The position numbers were made by a program, and so were the translations under genes. From positions 161,913 through 216,421 of the forward strand of contig NW_015160308.1 in NCBI RefSeq assembly GCF_001447785.1: 54,509 bases of DNA, read 5' to 3'. Positions 25,401 to 38,961 of the stretch are shown piece by piece (position 1 is the first letter of the stretch; each line of letters starts with the position of its first letter). Below the pieces are notes generated by a model. The model ran no database searches and was not told the origin of the DNA. It worked only from the letters and a program-made list of their open reading frames with translations. This DNA comes from Gekko japonicus (taxonomy: Eukaryota).

Positions 25401-27954
25401 CTCTGTAGAGCTCCTAATTCACCTCCCCGATTTCCTTTTACCAGACGCCAATTAACTGATCAATCTTAGATTGGCTAGTGAGTGTTAGAAAAAGGTGGCT
25501 TTTGGCTACGCACGCCTTGACTCTACGGATTCTCAACAACGCTTTGCTATGCTTGCCAAGCAGGGGTCATTTCGTAGCATAACTCATTAGCAAGCTCATT
25601 TTGCATTGACATCAGGGGCCCGGCGATGGACCTGCAAGGCCAGCGGAAGTGCGAGGAAGCCCCGCCAAGGCCCTCCCTGGCCCCAGGCACGCAGGGGTGG
25701 GGAGAGGCGGGGAGGAAGCAACTTACCCTCCCTCTTCTCCTGCCTGAATGAGGGCTGGAAGCGGGATGGCCGGAAGCAGGGGGCGCTATCTGGGGGGGAG
25801 GGCTCTGCAACTTACCTGGCTGCTTCTTGCTATAACTGAGGGCTGCTGGGAGCAGGGGGTGGGGCTTGTTGCATGTGTCCGCCCCCGGGCTCTTTACTGC
25901 CGGAGCTCCGCTCCTGTGCGCTCCTGTAGGAAATGACCCCTGTTGCCAAGTATGAAGAGACTCTTTGGCCCTTTCTGCACTGACAGCTTGCTCCAGAGAA
26001 TCTAAGGAGTCAAGCCTTAAGGGTTGACTTAACAGTCGCACGTGTTCCCTCTAAACGGTTTCCCCCTCCCCCTCAGGTTTATTTATTTGTATATTCTGTA
26101 TGCACTCTGCATCTACAAGCAAAACCTTCATTTGGTGAGCTAACTGGTTGCTTTGTCTAAAAAGAAGAGAAAGGCAAACATCGTTCTAAACTTTTAACTG
26201 CAGGCCCAACCCCTCCCTCCCTCCCTCCCTCCCTCNNNNNNNNNNNNNNNNNNNNNNNNNNNNNNNNNNNNNNNNNNNNNNNNNNNNNNNNNNNNNNNNN
26301 NNNNNNNNNNNNNNNNNNNNNNNNNNNNNNNNNNNNNNNNNNNNNNNNNNNNNNNNNNNNNNNNNNNNNNNNNNNNNNNNNNNNNNNNNNNNNNNNNNNN
26401 NNNNNNNNNNNNNNNNNNNNNNNNNNNNNNNNNNNNNNNNNNNNNNNNNNNNNNNNNNNNNNNNNNNNNNNNNNNNNNNNNNNNNNNNNNNNNNNNNNNN
26501 NNNNNNNNNNNNNNNNNNNNNNNNNNNNNNNNNNNNNNNNNNNNNNNNNNNNNNNNNNNNNNNNNNNNNNNNNNNNNNNNNNNNNNNNNNNNNNNNNNNN
26601 NNNNNNNNNNNNNNNNNNNNNNNNNNNNNNNNNNNNNNNNNNNNNNNNNNNNNNNNNNNNNNNNNNNNNNNNNNNNNNNNNNNNNNNNNNNNNNNNNNNN
26701 NNNNNNNNNNNNNNNNNNNNNNNNNNNNNNNNNNNNNNNNNNNNNNNNNNNNNNNNNNNNNNNNNNNNNNNNNNNNNNNNNNNNNNNNNNNNNNNNNNNN
26801 NNNNNNNNNNNNNNNNNNNNNNNNNNNNNNNNNNNNNNNNNNNNNNNNNNNNNNNNNNNNNNNNNNNNNNNNNNNNNNNNNNNNNNNNNNNNNNNNNNNN
26901 NNNNNNNNNNNNNNNNNNNNNNNNNNNNNNNNNNNNNNNNNNNNNNNNNNNNNNNNNNNNNNNNNNNNNNNNNNNNNNNNNNNNNNNNNNNNNNNNNNNN
27001 NNNNNNNNNNNNNNNNNNNNNNNNNNNNNNNNNNNNNNNNNNNNNNNNNNNNNNNNNNNNNNNNNNNNNNNNNNNNNNNNNNNNNNNNNNNNNNNNNNNN
27101 NNNNNNNNNNNNNNNNNNNNNNNNNNNNNNNNNNNNNNNNNNNNNNNNNNNNNNNNNNNNNNNNNNNNNNNNNNNNNNNNNNNNNNNNNNNNNNNNNNNN
27201 NNNNNNNNNNNNNNNNNNNNNNNAAAGAAAACAGAATGGAGGGGAGGATCAACCTAGACAGGTGGAAGTGGGGGAGGGCAGTGGGCAGCACTCAAATACC
27301 TGCAGAAACAATTCTACTTTTAGAGAGGGTTAGCCATTAAAAAGTGGACAAGAACAAAGAATCGCAGTTTAAGGAGTTTTGGTAAGTGCGGGGCAACAGT
27401 GTGCTGGGAGCGGTCTGAATGCAGGTTCCTGTAAAACAAATGCAGAGACAAGAAAAAGCCCCGACAGAAACCAGAAGTGAAAGCGGGAGGGAATGCAGAA
27501 TGGAAGAATAGGATGCACTCAGAAACGGAGGCAAAATACGGGTGCGGAAAGGGCCTTTGCTTTGCTGGATGGCTGGGATAATGCCTGGAGAGCGCTCCTT
27601 GGAGATATCTGAAGGCAGTAAGGCTTAAAGAAAGATTTTACTTAGAAACAGAAAGGTGCAATTATTTCATTTTTCTGTGTTTCTGATTGTGTGATTTACG
27701 CCTTGTGCAACACTCCTTGGACTAATACATTTGCTTTGTGTTTTGAAGCCGTGTCTGGAAATTACTGATGGAATGTGGGTGCACCCCAGAAGGGAACCCT
27801 GAGGGTGAGAACCTTTGGAAGAGAACTTCCACCCTCATAAATAAAAAAGGGGAGTCCGCCCTGCCTGCTTAACTGCGGCACTGGTTGTTTCCCATCCAAG
27901 GCAGCAGGTCAGGGCGGCTTCATCCTTACACTGTGGAAGAGGATAAAATGACTC

Positions 27955-28308
27955 TAAAGGTAAAGGTAAAGGTTCCCTTGCTCGAAAGCCTGTCTAATCT
28001 GACTCTAGGGTTGCGGTGCTCATCTCTGTTTCAAAGCCGAAGAGCCAGCGCTGTTCGAAGACGTTTCCATGGTCATGTGGCCGGCATGACTAAACACCAA
28101 GGCGCATGGAACGCTGTTACCTTCCCACCGAAGTGGTACCTATTTATCTACTTGCAATTTCTTGCTTTCGAACGGCTAGGTTGGCAGGAGCTGGAACTAG
28201 AGACGGGAGATCACTCCATCATGTGGCACCCGGGTCTCGAACTGCTGAACTACTGACCTTCCACAGCCTGCAGTTCAGTGTCTTAACCACTTGAGCCACC
28301 GCAGCTCC
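27955..28308 (-). mobile_element. Sauria/Squam1 SINE
   Basis: Reverse complement of the 15151 element, with an (AAAGGT)n tail at the left end. Confidence 0.85.
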
Positions 28309-28595
28309 ACATAAACATAAACTGACTCTACAACTGTGCAGATGCAGAGGGAGGGCAGACACGTGGAACAACTGTGCCCAAATAGATTTCAGTGTTTGTG
28401 GACTGACTGCCAAGAAAATCAGGAGCAAGTTGAGTGTGCAGAAAAGCCTGTAGACCTGGTGGGGTAGAAAGTAGTCCTTATGTCTACTCTGACCCATTCC
28501 TCTAAGATGGCCATATTCCCTTCATTTCCTGGCTCTCCCTAGTCCCTCCACTTCCCTTGGCTTCTCCTACGTATCATGCACTTTCCCACACCCTA

Positions 28596-28904
<309 letters not shown>

Positions 28905-30120
28905 TTACAGGTGGTATTTACCCCTCTGGCATCCCAAGTGCAGGCAGTCCAGCTGTTCCTCAGACCTGCGTGAGCAAGCTTTCACTTGCTCTCCTCCAGA
29001 GGCATCAGGAGTCAGGGCTGGATCCTACCACTCCGTCCAGCTGCAAGGGGCCTTCTTTAGGCACAAGGCGCTCGCAACTTTAATGCCAGCAGCTCATTGG
29101 ACTCATTGGACTCCACAGCTTAGAGGAAGCACGGCTTCCAACCCTCCCATTTCTGGACCAGCAGGCATGTCTCTCTTAGCAGCTGCTTAACACCCAGAGA
29201 AACATCCTAACTTAGTGCTGCAACCCCCCCCTCCCAATGGTGGAGACAGGAGACCCTCACTCCCAGGCCTCACTCCCTGCTGTCAACCAGCTGGCCAGTG
29301 GGGGGACTTACCCGGAGAGAGAGGGAGGCCCAGACAACAGTGCTTGCAACATGGCAACATCACTTTCGGAATGGGAAAGTGATATCATCACACCGGCAAT
29401 GTCTAGGCAACACTGGTATTTGGGTGAAAACTCTATTGTAGAAGACATTATTATTATAGAGTTCCCCCCCAAAATACCAGAGTGTTGCCGTGATGTTGCA
29501 GTGTGACGATTAGGGTTGCCAGATCTTACCTGGCTGCTGGTGGGGGAGTCCAGCCCTGCCCCCAAAGACCCCCATCCCGCCCAACGTGCACAGCGCGATG
29601 ATGTCAACCGGAGGTGACATCATCGTGCCGGGCATGTCAGGTGAGATTCTCTAGCATTTGGGCAAAAAACGCCATGGTCACCATAGAGTTTTTGCCCAAA
29701 TGCTAGAGCGTCCCCCATGGGACGTGCCTGGCACCATGACGTCACCTCTGGGTGATTTCATTGCACTGGGCACGTCGGGCAGGATGGGGCTGCTTGGGGG
29801 CAGGGCTCCCCTTACCGGCCAGCTGGCCAGCAGTGGATTGGCCCCCCGAACTTGGAGGAAAACTGCCACCATCAGGGAATGGCAACCCTAGTGACGATGT
29901 CACTTCCAGTGCACACCGAAAGTGACATAGCCTCATCACTGGTAACATCGCTTGGACCTCCCTCCCACTCCTGGTAAGCTCCCCCTATCCCACGCCAGGA
30001 GTCACTCTGGTCTTCGGATCAGAGTGATGTAAACGTCGGAGGCTATTTGCTACGCTGTTTTCTTATTTGAAGCCTGCTTGTTGAATTAGAGTTGCCAGAA
30101 TCTGGCAACTCTACTTCAAC

Positions 30121-33100
30121 TTGTTGTTGTTCAGTCGCACAGTCGAGTCCGACTCTTCGCGACCCCATGGACAATCTCCCGCCAGGCTCTCCTGTCTTCC
30201 GCCGTCCTCCGAAGTTGGCTCAATTTCATGTTCGTTGCATCGCTGACACTGTCTAACCATCTCATCCTTTGCCGTCCCCGTCTTCTTTGACCTTCAATCT
30301 TTCCCAGCATCAGGGTCTTTTCCAGTGAGTGCTCCCTTCTCATTTGGTGGCCAAAGTATTTGAGCTTCAGTTTCATTATCTGGCCTTCCAGGGAACAGTC
30401 AGGGTTGATTTCTTTGAGGATTGACTGATTTGTTCTTCTTGCAGTCCAAGGGACTCTCAAGAGTCTCCTCCAGCACCATAGTTCAAAAGAATCTATTCTT
30501 CGGCGCTCGGCCTTCCTTATAGTCCAACTCTCACAGCCATACATGACTACTGGGAATACCATTGCTTTGACCATGCGGACTTTTGTTGGCAGGGTGATGT
30601 CTCTACTTTTTATCATGCTGTTTAGGTTCGCCATCGCTTTCCTCCCAAGGAGCAGGCGTCTTTTAATTTCATGGCTGCAGTCACAGTCTGCGGTGATCTG
30701 GGATCCCAGGAACGTGAAGTCTGTCACTACTTCCACGACTTCCCCTTCTATTTGCCAAGGAGTGATGGGGCCGGATGCCATGATCTTAGTTTTTTTGATG
30801 TTGAGCTTCAAGCCCACTTTTGCGCTCTCCTCTTTTACTCTGAGCAAGAGGCTCTTTAGATCCTTTTCACTTTCAGCCATTAGAGTGGTATCATCTGCAT
30901 ATCTGAGGTTGTTGATCTTTTCCCCAGCAATCTTAATTCCCGCTTGTGATTCATCCAGGCCAGCATTTCGCATGATGTACTCTGCATATATATTAAATAA
31001 GCAAGGCGACAATATACATCCTTGTCGTACTCCTTTTCCTATGCTGAACCAATCAGTTGTTCCATATCCGGTTCTAACTGTCGCTTCTTGGCCCTTATAC
31101 AGGTTTCTCAAGAGACATGTGAGGTGGTCTGGTACTCCCATCTCTTTAAGGACCTGCCATAGTTTGTTGTGATCCACACAGTCAAAAGCTTTAGCATAGT
31201 CAATGAAGCAGAAGTAGATATTTTTCTGGTACTCTCTTGCTTTCTCCATAATCCAGCGAATGTTGGCAATTTGATCTCTAGTTCCTCTACCTCTTCGAAA
31301 CCCAGCTTGTACTTCTGGTAGTTCTCTATCCACGTACTGTTGAAGCCTAGCTTGTAGGATCTTGAGCATGACCTTGCTAGCGTGTGATATGAGTGCAATT
31401 GTGCGATAGTTTGAACATTCCTTGGCATTGCCCTTCTTTGGGATTGGAATGTATACTGACCTTTTCCAATCCTGTGGCCACTGTTGCGTTTTCCAAATTT
31501 GCTGGCAAATGGAGTGCAGCACTTTAACAGCATCATCTTCTAAGACTTTGAATAGCTCAGCTGGAATACCATCACCTCCACTAGCTTTGTTGTTAGCAAT
31601 GCTTTCTAAGGCCCATTTAACTTCACATTCCAGGATGTCTGGCTCGAGGTCAGTGATTATACCGTCGTGGTTGTCAAGGACATCGAGGTCTTTCTTGTAT
31701 AGTTCTTCTGTGTATTCTTGCCATCTTTTCCTAATCTCTTCTGCTTCTGTTAGGTCCCTACCGTTTTTGTCCTTTATCATGGCCAGCTTTGCATGGAACG
31801 CTCCCTTGATTTCTCCAACTTTCTTGAAGAGATCTCTAGTCCTTCCCATTCTATTGTTTTCTTCTATTACTTTGCACTGTTCATTCAGGAAGGCCTCCTT
31901 ATCTCTCCTTGCTGTTCTCTGGAAATCTGCGTTCAGTTGGGTAAATCTTTCCTTTTCGCCTTTGCCTTTCGCTTTCCTTCTTTCCTCTGCTATTTGTAAA
32001 GCCTCATCAGAAAGCCACTTTGCTTTCTTACATTTCTTTTTCTTTGGGATGGTGGTGATTGCTGCCTCCTGTACGATGTCACGAACCTCTGTCCATAGTT
32101 CTTCAGGCACTCTATCTATCAAATCCAGACCCTTGAATCTATTCTTCACCTCTACTGTATATTCATCAGGGATGCGATCTAGGTCAAACCTGAATGGCCT
32201 CGTGGTTTTCCCAATTTTCTTCAGTTTAAGTCTGAATTTTGCAATGAGTAGCTCATGATCTGAACCACAGTCAGCTCCAGGTCTTGTTTTTACTGACTGG
32301 ATAGAGCTTCTCCATCTTTGACTGCAAATTATATAGTCAATCTGATTTCGGTGTTGCCCATCTGGTGATGTCCATGTGTAGAGTCGCCTCTTAGGTTGTT
32401 GGAAAAGGGTGTTCGCTATGACCAGTGTGTTCTCTTGACAAAACTCTGTTAACCTTTGCCCTGCTTCATTTTGCTTTCCAAGGCCAAACTTGTCTGTTAT
32501 TCCAGTTACCTTTTGACTTCCTACTTTAGCATTCCAGTCCCCTATGATGATGAGGACATCATTTTTTGGTGTTAGTTCTAGGAGGTGTTGTAGGTCTTCA
32601 TAGAACCGGTCCACTTCAGCCTCTTCTGCATCAGTGGTTGGGGCATAGACTTGGATTACTGTGATGTTGAATGGTTTGCCTTGGAATCGGACAGAAATCA
32701 TTCTGTCATTTTTGAGATTGTATCCCAGTACTGCCTTTTGCACTCTCTTGTTGACTATAAAGGCCACACCATTTTTTCTACGAGATTCCTGGCCACAGTA
32801 GTAGATATAATGGTCTTCTGAGTTAAATTCGCCCATTCCTGTCCACTTTAGTTCACTGATTCCTAGGATATCGATGTTCAGTCTTGCCATCTCATTTTTG
32901 ACCACGTCAAGCTTACCTTGATTCATAGATCTTACATTCCAGGTTCCTATGTAGTATTGTTCTTTGCAGCATTGGACTTTCCTTTCACCATCAGACACAT
33001 CCACAACTGAGCGTCCTTTCGGCTTTGGCCCAGCCGCTTCACTCTTTCTGGGGTTACTTGTACTTGTCCTCTGCTCTTCCTCAGTAGCATATTGGACACC

Positions 33101-33338
33101 TTCCGACCTGAGGGGCTCATCTTCCGGCGTCATATCTTTTAGCCTTTTGATACTGTCCATGGGGTTTTCTTGGCAAAAATACTGGAGTGGGTTGCCATTT
33201 CCTTCTCCAGGTGGATCACGCTTGGTCTGAGTTCTCTGCTGTGGCCTGTCCGTCTTGGGTGGCCCTTCACGGCATAGCCCACAGCTTCATTGAACTGCGC
33301 AAGCCCCCTCGCCACGACAAGGCAGTGATCCATGAGGG
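30121..33338 (-). mobile_element. Full-length BovB (RTE-clade) LINE, ~3.2 kb
   Basis: BovB-type 5' UTR (ATGGATCACTGCCTTGTCGTGGCGAGGGGGCTTG), single ORF and (CAA)n 3' tail at 30121-30130. Confidence 0.95.
30131..33160 (-). CDS. BovB ORF: APE endonuclease + reverse transcriptase, 1009 aa, uninterrupted
   Basis: APE motifs IGTWNVRSMN, LGISELKW, GDWNAKVG, SDH. RT motifs FIDYAKAFD, GVRQGCILSP, LRYADD. Confidence 0.96.
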   Translation of the reverse strand: MDSIKRLKDMTPEDEPLRSEGVQYATEEEQRTSTSNPRKSEAAGPKPKGRSVVDVSDGERKVQCCKEQYYIGTWNVRSMNQGKLDVVKNEMARLNIDILGISELKWTGMGEFNSEDHYIYYCGQESRRKNGVAFIVNKRVQKAVLGYNLKNDRMISVRFQGKPFNITVIQVYAPTTDAEEAEVDRFYEDLQHLLELTPKNDVLIIIGDWNAKVGSQKVTGITDKFGLGKQNEAGQRLTEFCQENTLVIANTLFQQPKRRLYTWTSPDGQHRNQIDYIICSQRWRSSIQSVKTRPGADCGSDHELLIAKFRLKLKKIGKTTRPFRFDLDRIPDEYTVEVKNRFKGLDLIDRVPEELWTEVRDIVQEAAITTIPKKKKCKKAKWLSDEALQIAEERRKAKGKGEKERFTQLNADFQRTARRDKEAFLNEQCKVIEENNRMGRTRDLFKKVGEIKGAFHAKLAMIKDKNGRDLTEAEEIRKRWQEYTEELYKKDLDVLDNHDGIITDLEPDILECEVKWALESIANNKASGGDGIPAELFKVLEDDAVKVLHSICQQIWKTQQWPQDWKRSVYIPIPKKGNAKECSNYRTIALISHASKVMLKILQARLQQYVDRELPEVQAGFRRGRGTRDQIANIRWIMEKAREYQKNIYFCFIDYAKAFDCVDHNKLWQVLKEMGVPDHLTCLLRNLYKGQEATVRTGYGTTDWFSIGKGVRQGCILSPCLFNIYAEYIMRNAGLDESQAGIKIAGEKINNLRYADDTTLMAESEKDLKSLLLRVKEESAKVGLKLNIKKTKIMASGPITPWQIEGEVVEVVTDFTFLGSQITADCDCSHEIKRRLLLGRKAMANLNSMIKSRDITLPTKVRMVKAMVFPVVMYGCESWTIRKAERRRIDSFELWCWRRLLRVPWTARRTNQSILKEINPDCSLEGQIMKLKLKYFGHQMRREHSLEKTLMLGKIEGQRRRGRQRMRWLDSVSDATNMKLSQLRRTAEDRRAWREIVHGVAKSRTRLCD

Positions 33339-34729
33339 GGAAAATTGGCCATAATGAGTACCAAATAACCAAAAGGTTAGATTTATGTTTTAGTCAGAGT
33401 CTTGATGTAGAAATCTGAAAACTTACACTACACAGGAACAGGTATATCCTTAAGCCAAATAGATATTTACCAGCTAGCAAATATGAGTTGTAATTGTCTG
33501 CATATGCACCCACGTTTTGCAACTGGGGAATGTTACTGTTTTAGTTATGAATATTGCTGAAGTCTGAGTTCTATCTTCCAGCTACTTACAACTTATTTAC
33601 CTAGTATTGTTCAATGCTCCACAGCAAATCAAAGCAACAGGTGGAGAACTGTCTGTTTCTATTCTTCTAGTCTTTGAACCTTTGTGGTATGGATTATGTT
33701 AGATATTTATAAAATGTCACAGCATTCTGTAGGAGGCATTGCCCCCCCCCCCCACCCTTCAGGCTTTGCCCCCCATAATGCAGGAGAAGCGGCTTGAACG
33801 AGACAGTCTTGTACAATCAAAACAGCATGCTTTGTGGAAAATAAAAACATGATTAGATGACCGCTGTGTGTCTATTTTGCTTCTTTAAGAGCTACCAACA
33901 TTTCACTGTGGGGAAGAGTAGTGGATGTGACGTGGTTTAGGTCAAATATAGTTCACATTCCACTGTTAGGTCAGTGTTGCTTTTTTAATATGTCTGTATC
34001 CTGTTTGTGGTTTTGTTTTCTTTTTTAAAAAATGTATTATGTTGGTCCAATTCCCCTTCTCCATTCCTCCCTCCAAGCATACTGTTACACTTCTTGTTCT
34101 TTCTCATAAAAAGTTCATTTCATAAAGGCTTACTCATGCAGTCTTCTTTGGAAGTCATTTCATTAATTTCTTGAAGAACATGCATTTGTTGTTCAGTCGC
34201 ATACATGCATGCAAACTTCTCCCACTCCCGAGAAGTTTAAATTGTTGAGATGACTTCATTCTGAGACACAGTGGCTAAGATTTAAAAAAAAAAAAAAAAA
34301 AACTTGAACCCACTGTTGCAGTATCTGAATAGACTGTCCAGTGAGGAAAACTGCAACCTACTGTAGATGGCTTTATTACAGAGGGCAGTTAGTTGTTAAA
34401 TAACAAATAATGGCAGTGCCTTGTTTTTGCTGTCAATGTCAGTGTTAAGATTCTCAACTTTCATGTGAAAAAACCAAGGTTCTTGCCCATATGGTTGAAA
34501 AAGAAGCATAGAAATGTGTTAGAAGTGTCTGCTGAGGGCTCAGAGAGCTGGGTAGGGTTTTCAGCTGTTGTAGGGTATGCCTTTGATTCCTTGTTCTTCA
34601 GTCCCTGACTTTGTTCAGTTTCCAATACTCTTGCAGTTGTGTCCCAGAAAATGAGAGGGGTATTATAAAAAACACCAAAAATAATTAAGCTACCAAAAGT
34701 GGTCGATTTCTTTGGGGGTGTGTGTTAAG

Positions 34730-35370
34730 TTTAATCACGTTGCTTCCAACTTATGCCGACCCTATGGATTAATGTTCTCCAAGACATCCTGTCATTATCA
34801 GACTTGCTCAGGTCTTGCAAACTGAGGGCTGTGGCTTCCATTACAGAGTCAATCAATCTATCTCATGTTGGTTCTTCCTGCTGCCTTCAACTCTTCCTGG
34901 TATTATTGTTTTCTTATTTCATTATTGAATTCAGACTTGATATGATCTAGAACCCCCTTATTTGTCTTTTTAGTGATCCACGGTATCTGTAAAATTCTCC
35001 TACAGCACCATATTTTTAAATGAATCAACTTTCTTCCTGCCAGCTTTCTTCATTGTCCAACTTTCACACCCGAACACAGTAGTGAGGAATACTATGGCAT
35101 GAATTGACTTGATCTTGGTCACCAGCGACACATCCCGACCCTTAAGGATCTTTTCTAGCTCCTTCATGGCTGCCCTTCCCAGTCTCCATCTCTTTCTAAT
35201 TTCTAGGTTGCAGTCTCCCTTTTGGTTGAGGATTGAGCCAAGGTATTTTCTGCCAGTGTGATGTCATCTGCATATCTCATATTGTTAATGTTCCTTCCAC
35301 CAATTTTTACTCCGCGTTTATATGAATCTAATCCAGCTTTCTTTATAAAATATTTTGCATATAGATCGAA
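34730..35370 (-). mobile_element. Old 5'-truncated RTE-clade LINE fragment, distinct from the intact BovB
   Basis: Reverse strand carries decayed RT C-terminal motifs (GCESWTMKKA, ..ADD-like) and an RTE-type 3' end. Confidence 0.7.
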
Positions 35371-38300
35371 GCAGCCCTGTAGCTAAGGAGTTTTTGGGGA
35401 GGGGGCCGGAGGGGTTACAGCCCAGGGCATCACGGTATCCACCGAGGCAGGGGTCGGCAGCCATGCGGGGTGGCGGAGAAGCAGAACGGCTCCGGCGATG
35501 GGGCAGAGAAGACGCCTCCTTCGCAAGGTCCATCGGCGATCACGACGAAGCAGGACGGCGAGAGAGAGTGGGACAGGATGGCTCTGGGCTCCTCGCTGGG
35601 CTCACTCCAGCCTAGGTGATAGCGTTGCTTCTGCCACCGCATCCAGCGCGGGGCTTGCCAGCTGGCTGGCTGCTCCTTTGGCGTGCCTGCAGGCTCCCCG
35701 GCCGCTCGCCTCCTGCCTACCCACTGTCCCTGGGTGCCCCGGGCTGCCAAGCTGTGCCCAGGCTGGCTCCCTCCATTGCAAGTGAGCAAAAGCGGGGAGG
35801 GGAGGGAAGGGAAGGGAAGGGGGAGTGAGCCAGGCTCCTCCGGACCTGGGCAAGCAGGCAGGCACGGCATGGCGGCTTCAGCAGCAGCCCCAGTCTATCT
35901 CCGAGCGGGGGCACTTGGAAGCCCTGGCTACATGGCACACGCGGCAGCTACAGGGCTTGGACAGGGCCCCTCCTCATGCACAGGTGCGCTGCTGCCCTCT
36001 TCTTGCTGGCTGTTGGACTGAGGGCAGCGATGGGGGGAAGGGAGGGGGAGCCGAGGAATGGAGAGGGGCCCGTAAAAACTGTGGGGGCTGGGCCCCGTGG
36101 TAACTACGGGCTTGGATCAGAGATAGGGAGATTAAATACAAACTATGGGGAGGGAGATTGAAATGGCCACAGTTAAGGTATGTGAGGATGAAGTACACAA
36201 TGTGATGATTAATCATTATGTAAAGAAGTAACTGCTTCCAAGGTACAATCCTATGCATACTTTCATGTACAAAACTTTATCTGTGGCCCCTTGACCTTGT
36301 TCTTCAGGGTTGATCAGATCCTCGAGTTACCCTAAGGCAGGGCTCTGGGCCTGTGAACTTTGTATCCAGAAGTGAACAGATGGCGAGTCCCAGGAAAGGA
36401 TCCTTTAAATGTAACAAAATTTTATTGAAGACAGCTATGCATCCTAAGTTAACCACCCTTCACAGTCATGTGACGTTAGGTTGGCCAGACCCAGTTGCAT
36501 GTGAGGACTGCCCAAGCAGGCGGCTCAGCTGGACAGCTCTGCTGCTGATGGAAAGCAGAACTTCTCTGACCTGTTTTTGCTCTGCACACAGCAACCCCTT
36601 ATCCCAAATGCACAGATGTACAGACATTTGACAAACCTAGCATCAGCACAGTACAGACAATGCAATTACAAGCACACATGGTAACACAGCTCTTGTCAGA
36701 ACTATGGCTTGCCCAAGGTCATCCAGCAGGTACAAGTGGAGGAGTGAGGAATCAAAGCCGGTTCTCTCAGGTTAGAGTCCACGCGCTTAACCACTATACC
36801 AGACTGGCATTTAGGTGATAAGCCCCTGGATTTTGGGTTTTTAAAATCCTTTAAAAAATTCTAACTGTTAAATTGTAAAGGCACCAGGCTACGAAGTAAT
36901 GAATTTGTGTCTGGTGTCGACACCTCTGCCTCCACACTTACCCCAAGGGACTGCAAGCCCCACTGAAGATGCGCTATGCCAGCAAGCCCCGAGGCTGGGG
37001 GAGTTGTCTGTCTGGTGTCAGCAGACCTTGGTCTTGATGGAGTCTACTCAGGAGTCAGCCAGCTTGAAGGAGCCCAGCCGGCTCTCAGTGGTGTGTTCAG
37101 CAGCAGAAGCCAACACACCCAAATTTCTACCAGAGATGCCCCTGGCACCGAGACCCAAGGGAGTAAAGACGAAGGGCCAGGGAGAGCTGACAGCAAACTG
37201 ACCTTCTTAGAAGAGGTCGGGCAGGGCAGCCATCTCTTTAAAGAAGTCCAGGGGGAAGGCCAGTGAGCTCACCAATCCAAGGCAAGTATCCACGGGCCCA
37301 GATGCCTGTCACTCCCCAGGACTGAGTTGGGGAGGGAGGATTGGCTGAGCCCAGGGTTGGCCCGCCCTTGGGGAAGCATTTAAAAGGCGTGCCCAGGAGC
37401 GGCCAGACCTGTTCCCTGGCGGGGAGGAATGGGTAATTATCAGAGCAGAAGGTGGACACTGGGTGAAGAAAAACCCTCTTCTCTTGCCGTATTGTGAGTT
37501 TCTGTTCTGGGACACTTGCCCAGCTAAAAGGAACCCTGGAGGGTGAGACAGCTCTCGACGCAGACTGAACCCCAGAGGAACCTAAGAATACGTTTCCTTA
37601 TAGTTAATAAACATAAGTTACTTTTAATTGCTTTGTTCAGCTTGTATATAAAAGATACATTTAGCCTTGTAGAAATTATTAATATGTTAACAGGGCTCTT
37701 TTTGTAGAAATAGCCCAGCAGGAACTCATAAGCATAATAGGCCACACCCAACAGCAGGAACTCGTTAGCCTATTGGGCCACACCCCTAACAGCACAGCTC
37801 ATTAGCACATTAGGCCGCACCCCCATGTTACCAGAAGTGTGGTCATCCAGCCACACCCATCTTTTGCTTGTTATTCTGTTTACCTTGTTTGTTGTCAAAA
37901 CCCAGGGCTTTTTTGTAGCAGGAACTCCTTTGCATGTTAGGCCACACACGCCTACTGTAGCCAATCCTAATGAGTTTCTGCTGTTGGGTGTGGCCTATTA
38001 TGCTAATGAGTTCCTGCTGGGCGTGGCCAACTTGGGAGCCAGCCGGAACTCCATTCCTGTGCGTTCCTGCCCCAAAATAGCCCTGGTTATGGAAAGACTT
38101 CCCTACCATACCTAATGGATAAGTCGGCCCTGAATATCCCCCTCTGTTTATAATTCCCTCTAAGTGGAAAAATTGTACATGGGGTTGCCAGCTCCAGACT
38201 GGGAAATACCTGGAGATTTTGAGGGTGGAGCCTGAGGAGGGTGGGGTTTGGGGAGGGGAGGGACTTCAATGGGGTATAATGCCATAGACTCCACCTTCCA

Positions 38301-38961
38301 TGGCAGCCATTTTCTCCAAGGTGACCTGATCTCTGTCACCTGGAGATCAGTGATCCCTGGAGATCTCCAGCAACCACCTGGAGATTGGCAACTCTTTGTA
38401 CAGAATCTGAAGGGCTAAGCTAAAAGTTTTCTCCCTAATGTCATTTCTTTTTTAAAAAAATGCAGGGTGTTTTTTGAGGAGGAACATTAAAAATGTGTCA
38501 GACCAGGACTAAGGGGAAAGCATTTCTGACTTTAGATGTGCCCTTGAAAGTAAGCCTCCATGAGAGCCGGTTTTGGAGAGCGTTGCAGGAGAGCAGGGCC
38601 ACAAAAATAAAACCCAAATACATGGTTGAGGCCTGGCAGTGAAAACAGGCCTCATGACTAAGCTCACGACCTGAGGGGAAAGGGTGGGGAGACAAACAGG
38701 AAATGCCAAGGGTGTGGCGGGGCCAGGGGCATTGTTTCCCGGTTGTTTTGGAAAGCTGTGTATCACTTAGAAAGCAACAAACACCTAAACTTACAGAACC
38801 AACTAGGTGAAACATAATTAATGGAAAGGGAAATGGCCGCTGTGGAGGACTGGGACAGGAAAAATGGTACCAGGGTGGGTGAGTCTGGGAAGACCTGGGC
38901 TTCCCAGTCCCCATGGGATTTGTTCTTTCTCAAAACATTGCATTTGGATATGAGTTTTCTA

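Noticed and set aside
24290-27291. ORFs of 100-365 aa
   Set aside because: Composed mostly of N-gap (X) residues; artefacts.
30543-32258. Long plus-strand ORFs (209 aa, 278 aa)
   Set aside because: Antisense shadows of the BovB ORF with no independent motifs.
35318-36110. Overlapping GC-rich ORFs
   Set aside because: ORFs occur in several frames because of GC content, with no recognisable protein motif or exon structure.
37690-38084. CRISPR-like repeat-spacer pattern (GGAACTCATTAGCATA...)
   Set aside because: Irregular subterminal repeats of a MITE in a vertebrate genome, with no unique spacers and no cas genes.
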